Shown one piece after another: positions 1-13,228 of a stretch of DNA of 64,000 bases (positions are counted from its first letter, which is position 1; each line of letters begins with the position of its first letter). This DNA is from Marsupella aquatica (lineage: Eukaryota > Plantae > Marchantiophyta): NCBI GenBank assembly GCA_973895155.1, contig OZ316893.1, forward strand, positions 6,085,239 through 6,149,238, given 5' to 3'. The notes beneath the pieces were generated by a model. It was not told the DNA's origin and did no database searches. It was given only the letters and a program-made list of their open reading frames with translations. Both the position numbers and the translations under genes were made by a program.

Positions 1-527
1 ATTTACTTGCTAATTTTGCCATTTCTAAGCCATTGCATCTTAATGGAAAGATGACTCCTGCTTAGGGCAGAGCTCCAGCCCTTGACCTGACAATCCCAAC
101 CACCACCAATATGCTACCCAATAATGTTGCATGTAGTGTTCCTCATATTATATTTACTTTCAGAAATCTTTATGACTGACCCCTGCTCACACCCCCTTGC
201 GTGCAGACAGGTTTCCAGACCTGTGCGCCTTGATTCTCCACATAGTTCACGTTGGAAACTTTACAATAAATTCATTTGCATAACTTCACACTACATATAG
301 TGCCTCAAGAGCATGTTCATTGGAACACAAGGGACGTTCTAATATGTGCAATCAACAAAATGGAGGTTTGCCCTTGGAAGGAACAATGTACTCTAGCTGT
401 CCTACTTGGGCTTTTCTGATGACACCAGTCTATGTACCCTTTACCATTTTATTTTGCCCTTCCTTGCCACTTTGTGGAGTCTCCCTTTTCAACTCAAATT
501 GTCAGTTCTTCCTTGGGCAAGACTTTT

Positions 528-615
528 GCAATTAGGCTCCTAGAATCCAGGCATGCATTTAGAACAGGCCCGCAATTAGGCTCCTAGAAGTCAGGCATGC
601 ATTTAGAACAGGCCC
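528..615. repeat. Two-copy 44-bp tandem duplication
   Basis: gcaattaggctcctagaa..caggcatgcatttagaacaggccc at 528-571 and 572-615, 2 mismatches. Confidence 0.85.
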
Positions 616-826
616 AACTCCTAATAAGAAAAACACTTGAAATGAAATGTCAAGCCAAATCCCCCTAAATCGCATGTGCTCTCTATGGAGCATTTCTAAC
701 CATTCTTTCCATTGCTTAACCCTAATCAAGGCCTCCTGTCTGTGTATCTTAAGAAATTACCTATAGAGAACTTTGTGAACCCTCCCCTCCACTCTACTCC
801 CCTGCCACGCCCCCTCCCCATCCCCC

Positions 827-828
<2 letters not shown>

Positions 829-862
<34 letters not shown>
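829..862. repeat. (CA)n microsatellite
   Basis: Pure CA run directly visible. Confidence 0.95.
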
Positions 863-864
<2 letters not shown>

Positions 865-1059
865 GCAAAAAAGAAAATTGTCCATCCCTTCCCAACAGAA
901 AAAAAATCTTTTCCTCCCCATTTTTTTTTCTCAAAATGACCAAAAAACACCTCCTTCCCCTTCATAAACAGGCATTTATTAGTGAGTGGGCTCCCTACTT
1001 ATGTATGGTTTAACTTGAAGTAAATTAATTTTTTATAATTGAGACCAATTTGGGGAATT

Positions 1060-1480
1060 TGAAGCCCCCATGGACCACAAGGTTGGTCTTTGAAACTCCC
1101 ATGGACTACATTTCCTAAAATTTGAGTTTAATTGTACATTCAAATAATTTTTAGTTTGGGGATGTACTAGAGGAGTAGATTAGCTACACTTCCATCAAAG
1201 TGGAAGTGGAACTTTGCCCAATTTGGCTGAGTTTCTCATCACAAAACTTGGAGGGGTGAATTCCATTAGTTTAATTTTCACTCTACTAATATGAAATATT
1301 TGGGCTTTGCTTTTTTTGAGATCTTCTCCTCTCTAGTTGCCTTGCAGGTGCAAAACTAAAAATCATACTAATACTCATAGTCATTAAGTTATGGAGCCCA
1401 AACTCCCATGGACCACCAAAATGTGGTACACAGGAGCATTGTGTCCACCAAGGTGTTCCATCCCGGCTTCAGTTCCCAAT
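1060..1480. repeat. Degenerate dispersed repeat (TE remnant); inverted homolog at ~20890-21300
   Basis: 1141-1310 aligns by eye to the reverse complement of ~21025-21195 (tagaggagtag, ccatcaaagt, gaggggt, aattttcact, taatatgaa, atttgggctt); the atggaccac motif also occurs at ~20897 and ~31842. Confidence 0.55.
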
Positions 1481-1481
1481 T

Positions 1482-1925
1482 TGGGAAATCAACTTTTGAT
1501 TACTTTGCCAGTAAAGATGTTATAATTCACGATACTGTCACTGTTTTTTTTGTATTTATAAAAATGCCACTGTTTTATATACGGATAACAAGTTTACCAA
1601 GGTAACTAGGGGAACTATATAAAAAAACCATGACATTTTTGTAAATACTAGAAAAATAGTGGCAATATTGTAAATTCAAACATACACAGCGACAATGCAT
1701 TAAAGGCTCTTTGGGAAATAAAATTAACAGTTTTTAACTACATTGTCACTAAAGATGTTTGAATTTACAATACCGCCACTAATTTTTTTTGTATTTACAA
1801 AACTGCCATAGTTTAAGTTCTCTTAGTTACATTAGTAAACTTGTTATCCTTATACAAAATAGTACAGAAAAAACAGTGACAATATTATGAATTAGAACTG
1901 GCAAAATAATAAAAAGCTGGAGATA
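1482..1925. mobile_element. AT-rich foldback / MITE-like element upstream of PheRS-beta
   Basis: ~1490-1690 is an imperfect inverted copy of ~1740-1920 (tttgccagt/actggcaaa; ggataacaagtttac/gtaaacttgttatcc); each half is also internally palindromic; TSD not resolved. Confidence 0.55.
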
Positions 1926-2071
1926 ATGAAAACTTGTGAAATAGCATAATGAAAACTTGACAAAGGTAAAAAAAAAAGGGGAGGTACACTCGGCCCCTAG
2001 ATTGATCACACCTTTGCTCTGCAAAAGATGCCCTCGTTGCTGACCTTCTGAGAAGCCGGTAAACCTTGTGT

Positions 2072-2079
2072 AAACCCTA
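2072..2079 (+). promoter_or_regulatory. Telo-box (AAACCCTA)
   Basis: Exact AAACCCTA 140 bp upstream of the PheRS-beta ATG; this motif is known to be enriched near plant translation-machinery genes. Confidence 0.5.
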
Positions 2080-2211
2080 TTCCGTGCCCTCCCAAGTTTC
2101 TCGAAACCCTTCAATTCCTCGAGTTCTGTCCCGTCAGGAAAGTTGAGAGCGAGACGATATGCAAATTGGCGATTCTCGTCCAGGTCGAGGTTCAGGTCGA
2201 GGTGGAGAGCA

Positions 2212-5200
2212 ATGCCGACCGTCAGCGTGAATCGGGATCGTCTCTTCACAGCGTTGGAGGAAAAGTTCAGTGCGTAAAATTCATCACCTCACCTGTGCTC
2301 TACAATCCCTTGTTCTGCTTCTCTTGTTTCATGGGAGTCCGTCTTTCCACATCTCCAGTGACTTTCTCACCATTCCAGAGTTTCAATGCTTGAATGTGGA
2401 GCCTTAGGTGTTTGTAGCAGTCGAGAACACTTTTAGATTCGGATGATGTGATTCAAACGATTTGTGTATGCTGGTACAAGGCAGTGAACTGGTTTCTGAA
2501 CGTTGGAATTAGTAGCTCGTTGCATTTTGAAGTGTGTTAGATACATTCATAAAATTTTGGCATGGAGTTGAGTAGCTGCTGCAGAGCCAGCCATGCGTTT
2601 GACAATTGGATCAGCTTGACTCGGAACTAGGGCTCTGGCATTTTGGGGAATGCGTTTCGAGCGTGATTGAAATCTGATTGGATCTTTGTTGGATACGTTT
2701 CGAAAGTAACGCTTTCGCGATGCTGACAGAGTTAGTTTTTGTGGCTGTGCAGCGGAAAAGAGTTTTGATGAATTGTGCTTCGATTTTGGAATTGAACTCG
2801 ATGACGTCGTAAGTTAAATTTGAACGGATCTTTCTACTCGTGAGTTGGACAGTTGCTGTCTTATGTAGCCGTCGTTTGCAATCACATTCAAGGATAGCAG
2901 CTTTCGATTGGAAAAGTAACCTCCGAAGCTAAAGTCCTTCATTGAGGATCTGAGGGCCTGTTGATAAATATTGGTGCAGACCACAGAAGAGAAGATCATA
3001 AGGAAGGAGAAACATCTGGCCGACGAGTCAGCAGCTGGTGAAAACGAAGAGATCATTTATAAAATTGATGTGCCTGCCAACAGGTGCGTCCTCAAGTGTT
3101 GATTAGCTCTGTATTGCTTCCCTCTCGCAACGACTTGACTGTGATTTACAAATTCCTCTTTTGGTACCTGGCAGGTATGATCTTTTGTGTCTTGAGGGTA
3201 TTGCACGAGGATTACGCATCTTCAAGGGAAAGGAGGAGGTGCCAACCTATAATCTTGCTCCAGTTTCCAGCGCTAACATACAAAAGCTGACTGTCAAGCC
3301 TGAGGTTAGTAGTTCTTACTATTTTAACACTTCTCAGATTTGGTACGGGTTCGACATTGAAATCCAGCATTTTGCAAATCAGGTTTTTGGAGTCATGTTC
3401 CCAGTACGTTGTTTCTAAGGGTTGAAATTTTATTGTTACAAATTAAGGGGTCAATTGATGATGCAGACACCAATTGGTAAATTTGTTAGGGCTACAGAGA
3501 CTGGAAAATGCCCGCGGCTCACTAGATAGAAGGCATGCTATCGCTGGAATGGATGATAAATTTCAGTCGAAGCTGCTTCCCTGTTGATCTCCTTAGCATA
3601 ACGCATTTTTTGCCCCTGCAGACATCACAGATTCGTCCGTATGTAGTGGCTGCGATTCTGAGAGGCATAACCTTCAATAAAGCTCGATATGACAGCTTCA
3701 TTGACCTGCAAGACAAGTTGCATCAGAATATTTGCAGGTTGGCATCCTGTGTTCGAATCCATTTCGTATCTATTTCCTTATGAATAGAAGCATGACATTC
3801 GCACTTAGCAGTGGCACTTCGTTGAATGTGTTCAAGACATCAGTTCAATTCAAGTTCCCATTGCGACGTTTCTAAAAATATCCTAGAAGACCGCTTGTGG
3901 TAAGGTTCTGTGCATATTAAGTTAGGTCTTAGCAAGTCATGTGTCGTTGTAGCATACGATAAATATTTGAAGGTGGTTTATCTATGTTTTTCCCATCAGG
4001 AAGAGGACGTTGGTTGCCATCGGAACCCATGATTTGGACACAGTACAAGGACCCTTTACGTATGAGGTTAAGAATCGTCCTGGAACTTTATCATCTTCAT
4101 GTCAATTTCCTCAAGTCTACAAGCAGCGCATTTCTCGCAGGACAATCAGCTACCCCTAGCAACTGTCTTGAAGACAAATGCACTCCGAAGTTTCTTTCGG
4201 GCTAAGAAGTAACTGATTTCTATGTAACTGGAATCGTACGTGATTGTCTTAAATACGTCAGCCCAATTAACTTAGTCTCGACACGCTACAGTGTTTTGAT
4301 TTGAAGAAACTTCTGGATTTTCGTCAACTGAAATTGTTCCCTTTTTTTTTAACTTGCAGGCACTGTCGCCCTCTGAAATTAAGTTCATTCCACTTAAGCA
4401 GGTTTGTGACTACCATCTATGTTGATTGACGTAGAAATTTAATGCGTTGATGATGGAGAATTCACTCTCATTCTTTGAGGCTGCTGGAGCACAGTTAGGA
4501 TACAAAGTATTGTCTTCGAAACAGGGATATTCCGATGGAATTGTCAAACTATGACGATCGTTTGTTCCCTTTCCCTCAAGTACCACCGACTGGATTTTTC
4601 TAAGACCTTTTTTTAATTGTCTGGTTGCAGAAACGAGAGTTTACGGCTCAAGAGCTCATGGAATTCTACAAGGTATAACCATCTGCCTAACTTTATAAGG
4701 GTTGACTTGTGGCGCGAACGCCTTCTGGCGCCTTGTACACTGGATAAGTTAGACTTGAAAAAGTGAGAGGTTTGGTTAGACGTTGACCTGCATTGGAAGT
4801 CATCCTCACAAAAATAACTGTCCTTGAACGTGAAATATGATGGAAAACATCCGTTTTATTTGAAGCACAGAAGGAGGGTTGAGTAGTATCTTCAAAATCC
4901 TGGAATCCTGACAGAAGTGTCGGTATGGCAGGATGATGTGAAGTTAAAGAAGTTTTTGCCGATTATTGAAAGCTCTCCTGTGTACCCAGTCATCTATGAC
5001 AGGAACAGGTAACTTGAGTCTTTTCGTGCAATATATTTAATGAAAGAGATGGAATTTGGGTTACTTTAAAAAGCACTAATGTGAACATTTGTTGGATCCT
5101 GACTCCGTTTTTTCCGGGTGGCGCAGGACTGTTCTCTCCTTGCCTCCAATCATAAATGGTGCTCATTCAGCAATTACCTTAAGCACTAAGAATGTGTTTA

Positions 5201-8200
5201 TTGAGTGCACAGGAACTGACCTGACAAAGGCTAAAATTGTTTTGAATACAATGGTAAGCGCTTTTACAATTTTCCCTCTGTGAAGAGTAGTTCTTCATGA
5301 ACTTTGGTTATTGTGAATACTAGCATTTTACTCCCAGTGGAGCAAGTCTACTACGTAACTTGAGTGATAATTAGCCTCAAGCAGATTTTTCATCTTGCAA
5401 CTCTTCTCAGCAATGCCACTTTGAAAATATTCATGTCCATGAACTGCACCGTTAAATAGGCCAAATTTTAAATTAATAAGTCCACTATCCCTATGTGCAG
5501 CTGGCTGTAGTTGTGTTAATTGGGGAATACTTTTTTTTGGAATGAACCAAAGGTTCGGAGTGCTGTTTAAGGTCCGGGTCCCACGACGGTCCCTGATTTA
5601 GGCTTGATATTACCCAACATGTCCCTGTTTTTAGTTTAATATGTTGACACAATCATCTCATACAAACTACCTGTCGGCTCCATCTCTACCCTGAGCGCAT
5701 CTTCTCCCCGAGCTTTGACCCATATTTTAGTTATGATGTCCATTCATCTCGGTTGGGCCATGAAAATGCTGGTGTTGTTTGTTGATGTGAAGGTGACAAT
5801 GTTCTCTCAGTATTGTGCGCGGAAATTTGAAATTGAGCCAGTTGAAGTAATCAACGAAGGAGAGTCAGTTCGGTATCCAGATTTGTCCTTGCGGAAAATG
5901 GAAGTGGATGTGTCTTACATAAACGACACCATCGGAGTCAAAGTTGCACCAATGGATGTGAGTAATTTGATCAGTATTGTTTCCATGGGCAGGATGATAA
6001 GCAGGTACTTTTGTGTCAATTCCATAGCCTGTTTTCTGACAGTTCGTACATTAGATTGCTCGTCTTCTGTACAGTATGCAGCTACCAACAAAGGTTACAA
6101 AGTGTGGGGAAAACGCTAAAGTGACCGTGATTGTTCCTCCAACAAGAAGTGATGTTCTCCATCCTTGTGACGTGATGGAGGTGACCCCATAAGCCTTTTC
6201 GTTCCCTGTCTATGGCTGCTAAACTTGGCAAAATGTGTATTGGTTGTAGAGATGCTTTGGGTTCTGGTTCAATCCTTTTCGATTTGCTGATTTCCAAGTT
6301 AGAAAGTATCCCGAGGTGGGAATTGTATAGAAGCCTTCTAGCTATCGGCTTAAGACATCAAAACATACATCAAGAGAGGACAGCTGTTCATGAAGTTTTG
6401 TTTGTGTTCCAAGAATTCTAGTTTTAGATTTAAACGGTTTGGGCTTGTCTGTCTGGATAACAGGATGTCGCGATTGCATTTGGGTACAACAACATTGAGA
6501 AGACAGTTCCCAAGTCACATACGCTTGGCAAGCAACAGGCTCTGAACCATTTCACTGACTTGCTTAGAGAGGAGGTATTTTCTGCATGATTGCTACATGA
6601 TTTGGCTGGCTCATTGATATTAAAGTGATGCCTTTCTTCGTATTTTAATATGTTTCCAAGCGCTCTTCATCATAGGTAGAATTTTTTTATTAAAGCTTGT
6701 CACCAGGTTTCTACTTGGTTTGTTGCTTTGCTAAATGCCTCACCATTTTTCCAAGCTTCATCCTTGAAATCGATCCAAAAAAGAGAGGATGGACAATTAT
6801 GAATGTCATAGCTTGAGATGGTGAGATCCAACGGAGAAAAACAATGCCACCCGCAAACTACAAAGTGTCCAAAAATCTGCTTCCAACATCTCCATACAAT
6901 CTATCCAAATTGTGCATGCCGTATAACTTTCACCAGAGATTCAGCCCATAAGTATCTGCGGAGTTGTGAGGCCTTTTAAATAAAGAAAACCACATCCAAA
7001 TCTTGACTCTTAACGAACGCTCAAATTGTTTTAAGTAGGAGTGACAATTCTACCAAATTCTTCCTTTCCAGTGAACAATTCATTCTTAATTGTAGAGAAT
7101 ATTCAAAACTTGGCGACCGCATGCTTGGCAGTGATTGACCAAACGTGTTGAATATTTGCAGATTGCGCTGGCTGGCTTCACCGAGATCCTTTCATGGATA
7201 CTAGGTTCAAATGTGGACAATTTTGTCATGTTGAATCGTGAGAAAAGCAAGGAGAAAGCTGCAGTGGTTGGCAATCCACGCACATCTGAATTCGAGGTTT
7301 GGATCCTCAAACACGTGTGACGTCTTTTGAGGGTGCCGCTGACAGCAATGCCTCCGTTGACCGAGTGCAATGTAGGCCACATGACACTTTCAATATTTGC
7401 GGGAACAATGTTACCCGGTCTCATTAGTCTTCCTCTGGAAATGGAATTTGAACAGGGGACAATGATGGTATCTTGCTTAATACCAATTAGGGGCATGTGC
7501 GTGCCACATTTGGCTTTAGCTCAGCATTTAGTTCAGGACATTTTGAAGTTTTGAAGCCGCACTGTAGGGCTTGGTACTGAAAATGCTTTATGCCCTCTGT
7601 GCAGGTTGTCCGTACAAGCCTCCTACCAGGGATGCTGAAGACTATGGCTCACAACAAGAAAACTCCGCGGCCTGTAAAGGTGGCGTAAGCCTTACATGGC
7701 ATCAGCTGCATAGTTTAATAGTTTTCTTTTTTGCATTATTTCTAGTCGTTTGCTATGCATCCTCTAGTTGCCTTTGCGGGAGATTCGATAATCTTCTAGA
7801 GGTGACTTGCTGTGGGTAGGAACGGTAGCAAGCATACTTCCTCGATAATGCTCACCTTATGCAAGGGTGAGGTGTCCTGCAAATGTTTCTGCTATCAATC
7901 TTTTCGGGATCTTCTTCGAAGAATATGGCAGGCATGCATAATCGGGTGGCTGTGAGCGTTGTCTTTTGTTACTCAAGTAGACAATGTCGCTTATCTGTGT
8001 GACCTCCTTGCGCAGCTGTTCGAGGTATCTGATGTGGTGCTTCTAGACAATAACGTGGATGTGGGCGCTTCAAATCAACGGCACATTTGTGCACTGTACT
8101 GTGATCAAACATCTGGATTTGAGGTAAGTGTCGCTCTGGATGTTTAGAAATTCCATGTTGCACAAAGTTTGGACGTTCGACCAGAGGTATGAAACACAAC

Positions 8201-9096
8201 ACTTCGACAACTTGTTCCAGGTTGACCCAAATTGCTTCTAAGAATCGTCAAGGAGGAGGATGATTTCTTGTCGTCGAAGGTTGGCGAGAGGTTGTTGGCT
8301 TACACTGTTTTCTAGTTGCAATTTCCAACTTTCAGCATTCAAATTGACAATCTGTTGCCTGTGCAGGTTATTCATGGCTTAATGGATAGAGTTATGACAA
8401 TGGTAGGTGTCTCGAGATGTGCTGATGGCGAGACAAGTGGGTACTGCATGAAAGAGTCGAACGTAAGTTGCCAAGTTAAAGGGGCCACGATATGATCTCG
8501 GGATAGGGTAGAATTCAACAGGTTGAGAACAGCAAATTAATTACTCCAGCGTCGTAATCAAGATTAGTATAGGGTGATATGGACGTCCACCTCAGTGCTA
8601 CCATAAATTGGTCCGTTCCCGTTTGGTCCATTGAGATGCATTTGTCTATGGACACGTATCCTCTTCCAAACAGCACCTACTCCCGGCGCAGGACTTACTT
8701 TGTGTCTACATTTGGCAGGACCCAGAGTATTTCACCGGACGGCAAGCCTCTATTATATATAACGGCGATACAATTGGAAGCTTCGGGATCATCCATCCGG
8801 AGGTTCGTTTTCTAGTTCCCTTCCATTAAGAATCTACATGTGCCAAACTGGTTTGGATTGCAAGTGTTGATTATCAAAATCAAGGCCTATGGCAACGCTG
8901 CAGTTCGTTAAGGTCTGATGGATGTCATGAATGAAGCCTAGTAACCATTGCATAATGATCCATCAGCTTGTTGTACGTTTGCATGGATCACTTCCCTTCT
9001 GGCCATAAACATCTATTCTTGATGCAGGTTTTGGAACGTTTCGATATCCCAGACCCTTGCACAGCTATGGAGTTCAACATTGAAGCATTTTTGTAG
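2212..9096 (+). CDS. FARSB: Phenylalanine--tRNA ligase beta subunit, cytosolic (19 exons, 595 aa)
   Basis: Exons 2212-2269, 2753-2808, 2980-3083, 3175-3304, 3622-3737, 4000-4066, 4360-4401, 4631-4672, 4932-5008, 5127-5253, 5793-5957, 6055-6180, 6464-6574, 7162-7296, 7605-7679, 8016-8123, 8367-8462, 8719-8802, 9028-9096; all introns GT-AG; total 1788 nt in frame. Motifs: [84 protein letters not shown]. Confidence 0.97.
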
Positions 9097-12000
9097 TCTA
9101 ATTTAGGGCCATTTATACTCGATTGTGAGCAACATATTATTTGAGGTGAGTGTTGTAGTTGAGGCCTACCTTCTGTGCCCCCCTTCAGGCGGCTCTTAAT
9201 TGCAACTTCCTTGGGAGCCAGGCAATGAGTGATATTTCCTCTGATGTCTGGGTGTCTTTCGGATTGGACTTTTTTCTGGATTGCTTGAAAGGTGGGTTCC
9301 GTTGGTAGGATGTGTGTCGTCACCGTCTCATGAGGCTGGTCCAATAATATCGTATCAAGTTGCTTGATCCCTTTAGATCATTACGAGGGCGCTTCTCTTC
9401 AGATCGAGTTGTTGAACAGCGAGTCGGCCAAGGGACATCAGCAAGTTTATCAGTGGGAAACCAAATACGTACAGGAAAAGCGTTTTTAAATTCCAACCTT
9501 TAGTCTGCCCTTCCCCTTTCGTTTGTGCAATTTGTGTGGGCTGATTTGTGACTGCATATGATAATTGAGAGTGTTCTTGGGCTCTTTTGTGATGGCCTGA
9601 AGACAGTTCCAGTTCGTGGTACTATTCCCCAGCTCAAAGTTATCATCAACAAAAACTATGCCGAAATTTGTAGTGGGGGCTTTCTCGTGAGTAAGAAAGA
9701 ATACAAGTAAAGCTGGTGTCTGAAACTACCCGCAGAGCTAGGACCAGTATTTGAAGCAGACCTATTTTCTTGGATCTCCAAAGCTATGGAAGCATCATTC
9801 CCCATCAGAACCTTCAAATTTCTCCAATCAACTTCATGAGCTATTATAGCTAGTGCGCTGAACTCTTTTGCTACCCAAGCCCCTTCCCTTCTCCTTAATA
9901 CACGCAAAATGGCCAAACAACCCTAGCCATAACTAGATCAGGTCTGCAGCATGACAAAATGTGTGAACCCAGTTCGGGGTTGTTGGGGCAATGCGTTCAG
10001 CCCCTTCCCCCACACTCCCATTGTACTCCCCTATGTCTGGTTGGAGGGAGTTGCCATGCCAGTTTCATACTCATCCCCACCCCTGATCAAGATCTGAACT
10101 GGGTGAGTGGAGAGCATCTCTAAGCTATCTGGAATATTTTAGCAGGCTGAGTGATAAGTGAGCTTGATTAGGCTCATATCAAAACGACACCCCACCAACT
10201 GTAGACCAGACAGCTTGTCGTCCCACATCCAAGAAATTCATAGAGTTTTCAGCTATGGCTGGGCTTTGTGATGCCCTAATCTCTCGTGATACTGAAAAGA
10301 GATTCACAAACTTGGAATGCCCATCCAAAGCCAATCATCTATGCTCTTACTGTTTTGAGATTACATCTATGTTTGCTTTCCATACATCTAAAGCAGAGCA
10401 ACTTCAACATATGCAGACTGTCCAACGGTTATAGTATAGTGCACCACAGAATCTGGGCCCAAACAAAAACTATGATGATACGGTTGTGACTAGAAGTCCA
10501 TTTGAAGGGTTCTTGGGCTCAAGAAAAACTAGGAATAAAAGCTAACTCCCCATGAACTTAGAAAGTTTGTTTGGGTAGAATGGTGCCCCAATACCTAGAT
10601 GGGAACCCTTGGTAGACAACTAGCATTGGCATCATAAGAAACTAGCAGTGTCATGGGTGGCTTGAAGCTTTGGGATACCTGGGTTGGTAAGGAGCATGGG
10701 TCGCGTTTGAAGCCCAACAGGGCCATGAGTGGCTCCATTGCACTTTGTGAGTTGTAGTGTTGGGAACTTGAAGGAGGGAGGGGGGGGGGGGGGGGGGAGG
10801 AGGAGAGGCGGGGATTGAAATCTTTCAAGAACACACCAGGTGTGTGGCAGCTTGTACTAACTATGTATTGACAGTTTTTCTTGAGACCTCGTACTTAGGA
10901 ACAATTTCCTTAAGAGCCTCCTAGCCATTTTCCCACATTTTTCAAGTTCATTGGATTTCTGTGTGCCTCTTGGAGATTATTTTAGATAAATTGGGTGGAA
11001 ATTGCATAATCTTTCTCTGCAACTATTTCTAAGTACTCTAGTTACCAAGAAAATTGTGTGAGTTATTCTAGATATTGACAATAACACTAGAGTGACCAAA
11101 GCAAACATACACTTTATAAATGTTCTCTATATGCGGTGTTTCTATGCATCTCTCTCCTTTATAAACTCTCAATTGTGAATGCTTACTTATTACACTAGTA
11201 TGAAAATGCACACATCCACTCATATATCTATACAGCATCAAGTGTCCCAAAGAAGCGACTATGACATTGAATCCAAGTTCTTTAAACTTCTATACAAGAA
11301 CTTACCTAGAATTGGCAACTTCTTTTGCAGTATAAGTTTAATACTTATGGCATAACGCAAATTCAACAATGATGAACTCTAGTTCAAATCAATATTGACA
11401 TTCATAATGACTATATACCAAATAAGTAATAGAGATTTAATGGTTGAACCATCCTTACTTGTTCGAATAATAGCATCTTTATAATACTAGCCACATAAGA
11501 TCTTTGTTAGATTCAAAGTTTCATCTTTAAGACACTTTGACGTGGTGACAGTGCCTTTTCATGACCAAGATTTTATGAAGTCAACTCAAAATACTTACAC
11601 CTTAGAGTTCGACAGTAAAACCATTTTATTTAGTCTAGAACCTTCTTGGACATAGAAATTCTATGGTGCAAGAACTTTTTGCTGCAAGGATTCTTGCATT
11701 TAGAAGTGCCTAGATCTTCCACTTGTATTGAGATAAATTGTAGAAATTATATTTTACCATGGTAATCTGGATTTATGATTTTAACTTTGGTAAAAACCAA
11801 AGTTTACTTTCTACTATAACAAATCTTGCAAATGACTTTATGGAAAATGTTTATTTTCCTATCTTGACACAAAATCAAATTATTCATTGGATACTCCTTT
11901 TTTTGCTACAATGTATCTAGGGAGAGGGGATTCAACTTGAAAAGGACACTTAGTGGGAGGTCCATGGCTGATCTGCTGGCCTAGAACCCAAATTATGAGA

Positions 12001-13228
12001 GAAGAGAGTTTGAAACACAGAAAAGGACCAACTTACTAAATGGGCTAAGCAGAGAACAATGGGGTAAAACCAAAAGAGTACAAACACAACAGTCACTCTG
12101 AAGAAGAAGGCCAATGAAAAACCCAAAAATCTAGAATGAACAAATATTACAAAATAAGATCAACCAGTGCATCAGTCTCCTCTACCACACGACTAACGCT
12201 AAACTCCAAAGAAATGCCAACCCCAAAAAGCTTACAACAAACAAAAACTAAGATATAAAGACAGACTATTGCAAAAGTTTGAAATACTACATCACTCCAA
12301 CTAACAGTGTAAATATGCAATCCAACTATTTCTTTCCTGTGGTCTATTTAGTAAGCCACATCCAACTATTTCTTTCTCATGGTCTATTTAGTAAGCCACC
12401 CTAAGAGATGTTTTTTCCTAACCATGAGATGACCTGTAAGACAGCTGTGCACCTTTCCATGCCCAACTGCTCGCTCTCCTAGTAGCTTGCACACTCCTTG
12501 TTTGCTAGGCCAACTTGCCGACTCCTAGTGCTGTCCGACCACCTGGCCATGCTCCTTAACACTCTGAGAATAGTGTACGCATTAGGGCGTGTCAAAGTTT
12601 TTAACTTAAACCGTAACCAAAGTGTTACGGCTTTATTTTTTTTGGACGAACCACTCTTATGGGATATGTATTTTGGTAACCCATAACGATCCTCTCCTGA
12701 CCTTAAGTGAGTTTTATTTCCTGAGTCGCAACTCAGGTACACCTGTGCTTTGACAAGCCCTATTGGGCCACTAATGCCATAGAGCCCACATCTTGCACTA
12801 ATGTGATAGACAACACGCCAACAAAGTATTGCAACAATCAAACAAAATTGCTCACCATACTGAAAACTCCTCATTCTAATGTTGATAGAACACACCATAA
12901 AAAGTTTGTAGTGAACAGAAGCGTTTGCTATGCTGAAAGCTCCTTCTCCTCCTCAGAGAACGACATAGGCATTTGTTTCGACAGGACTTGGCAGCAGTCA
13001 AGCATGTAGAAATTTCCACTCGAAGAATTCGCAGCCGAGAATCGGGACACAGCAGCAGCTGCAGCAACCATGAAATTGTAAAATGATGTCTGGTTCGAGT
13101 CTATCGGACCTCTCATCTCTCTGCTCAAAAAATCAATTGATTATTGCGTTTCGGAGGTTCTTTCGGACGAGGCGAATTCAGAGAGAGACTCGAAAACCTA
13201 GAGGCAGTTTTTGAGGAGGGAGGAAGAG

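Noticed and set aside
11050-11900. AT-rich stretch faintly resembling a hAT/DUF659 transposase relic
   Set aside because: Too degenerate; no TIR or convincing motif
9656-13128. Possible divergent minus-strand gene upstream of the mS26-like gene (short ORFs 12479-13128, putative exons near 10200-10290 and 9895-9945)
   Set aside because: Could not join the pieces into a consistent reading frame or recognise a domain
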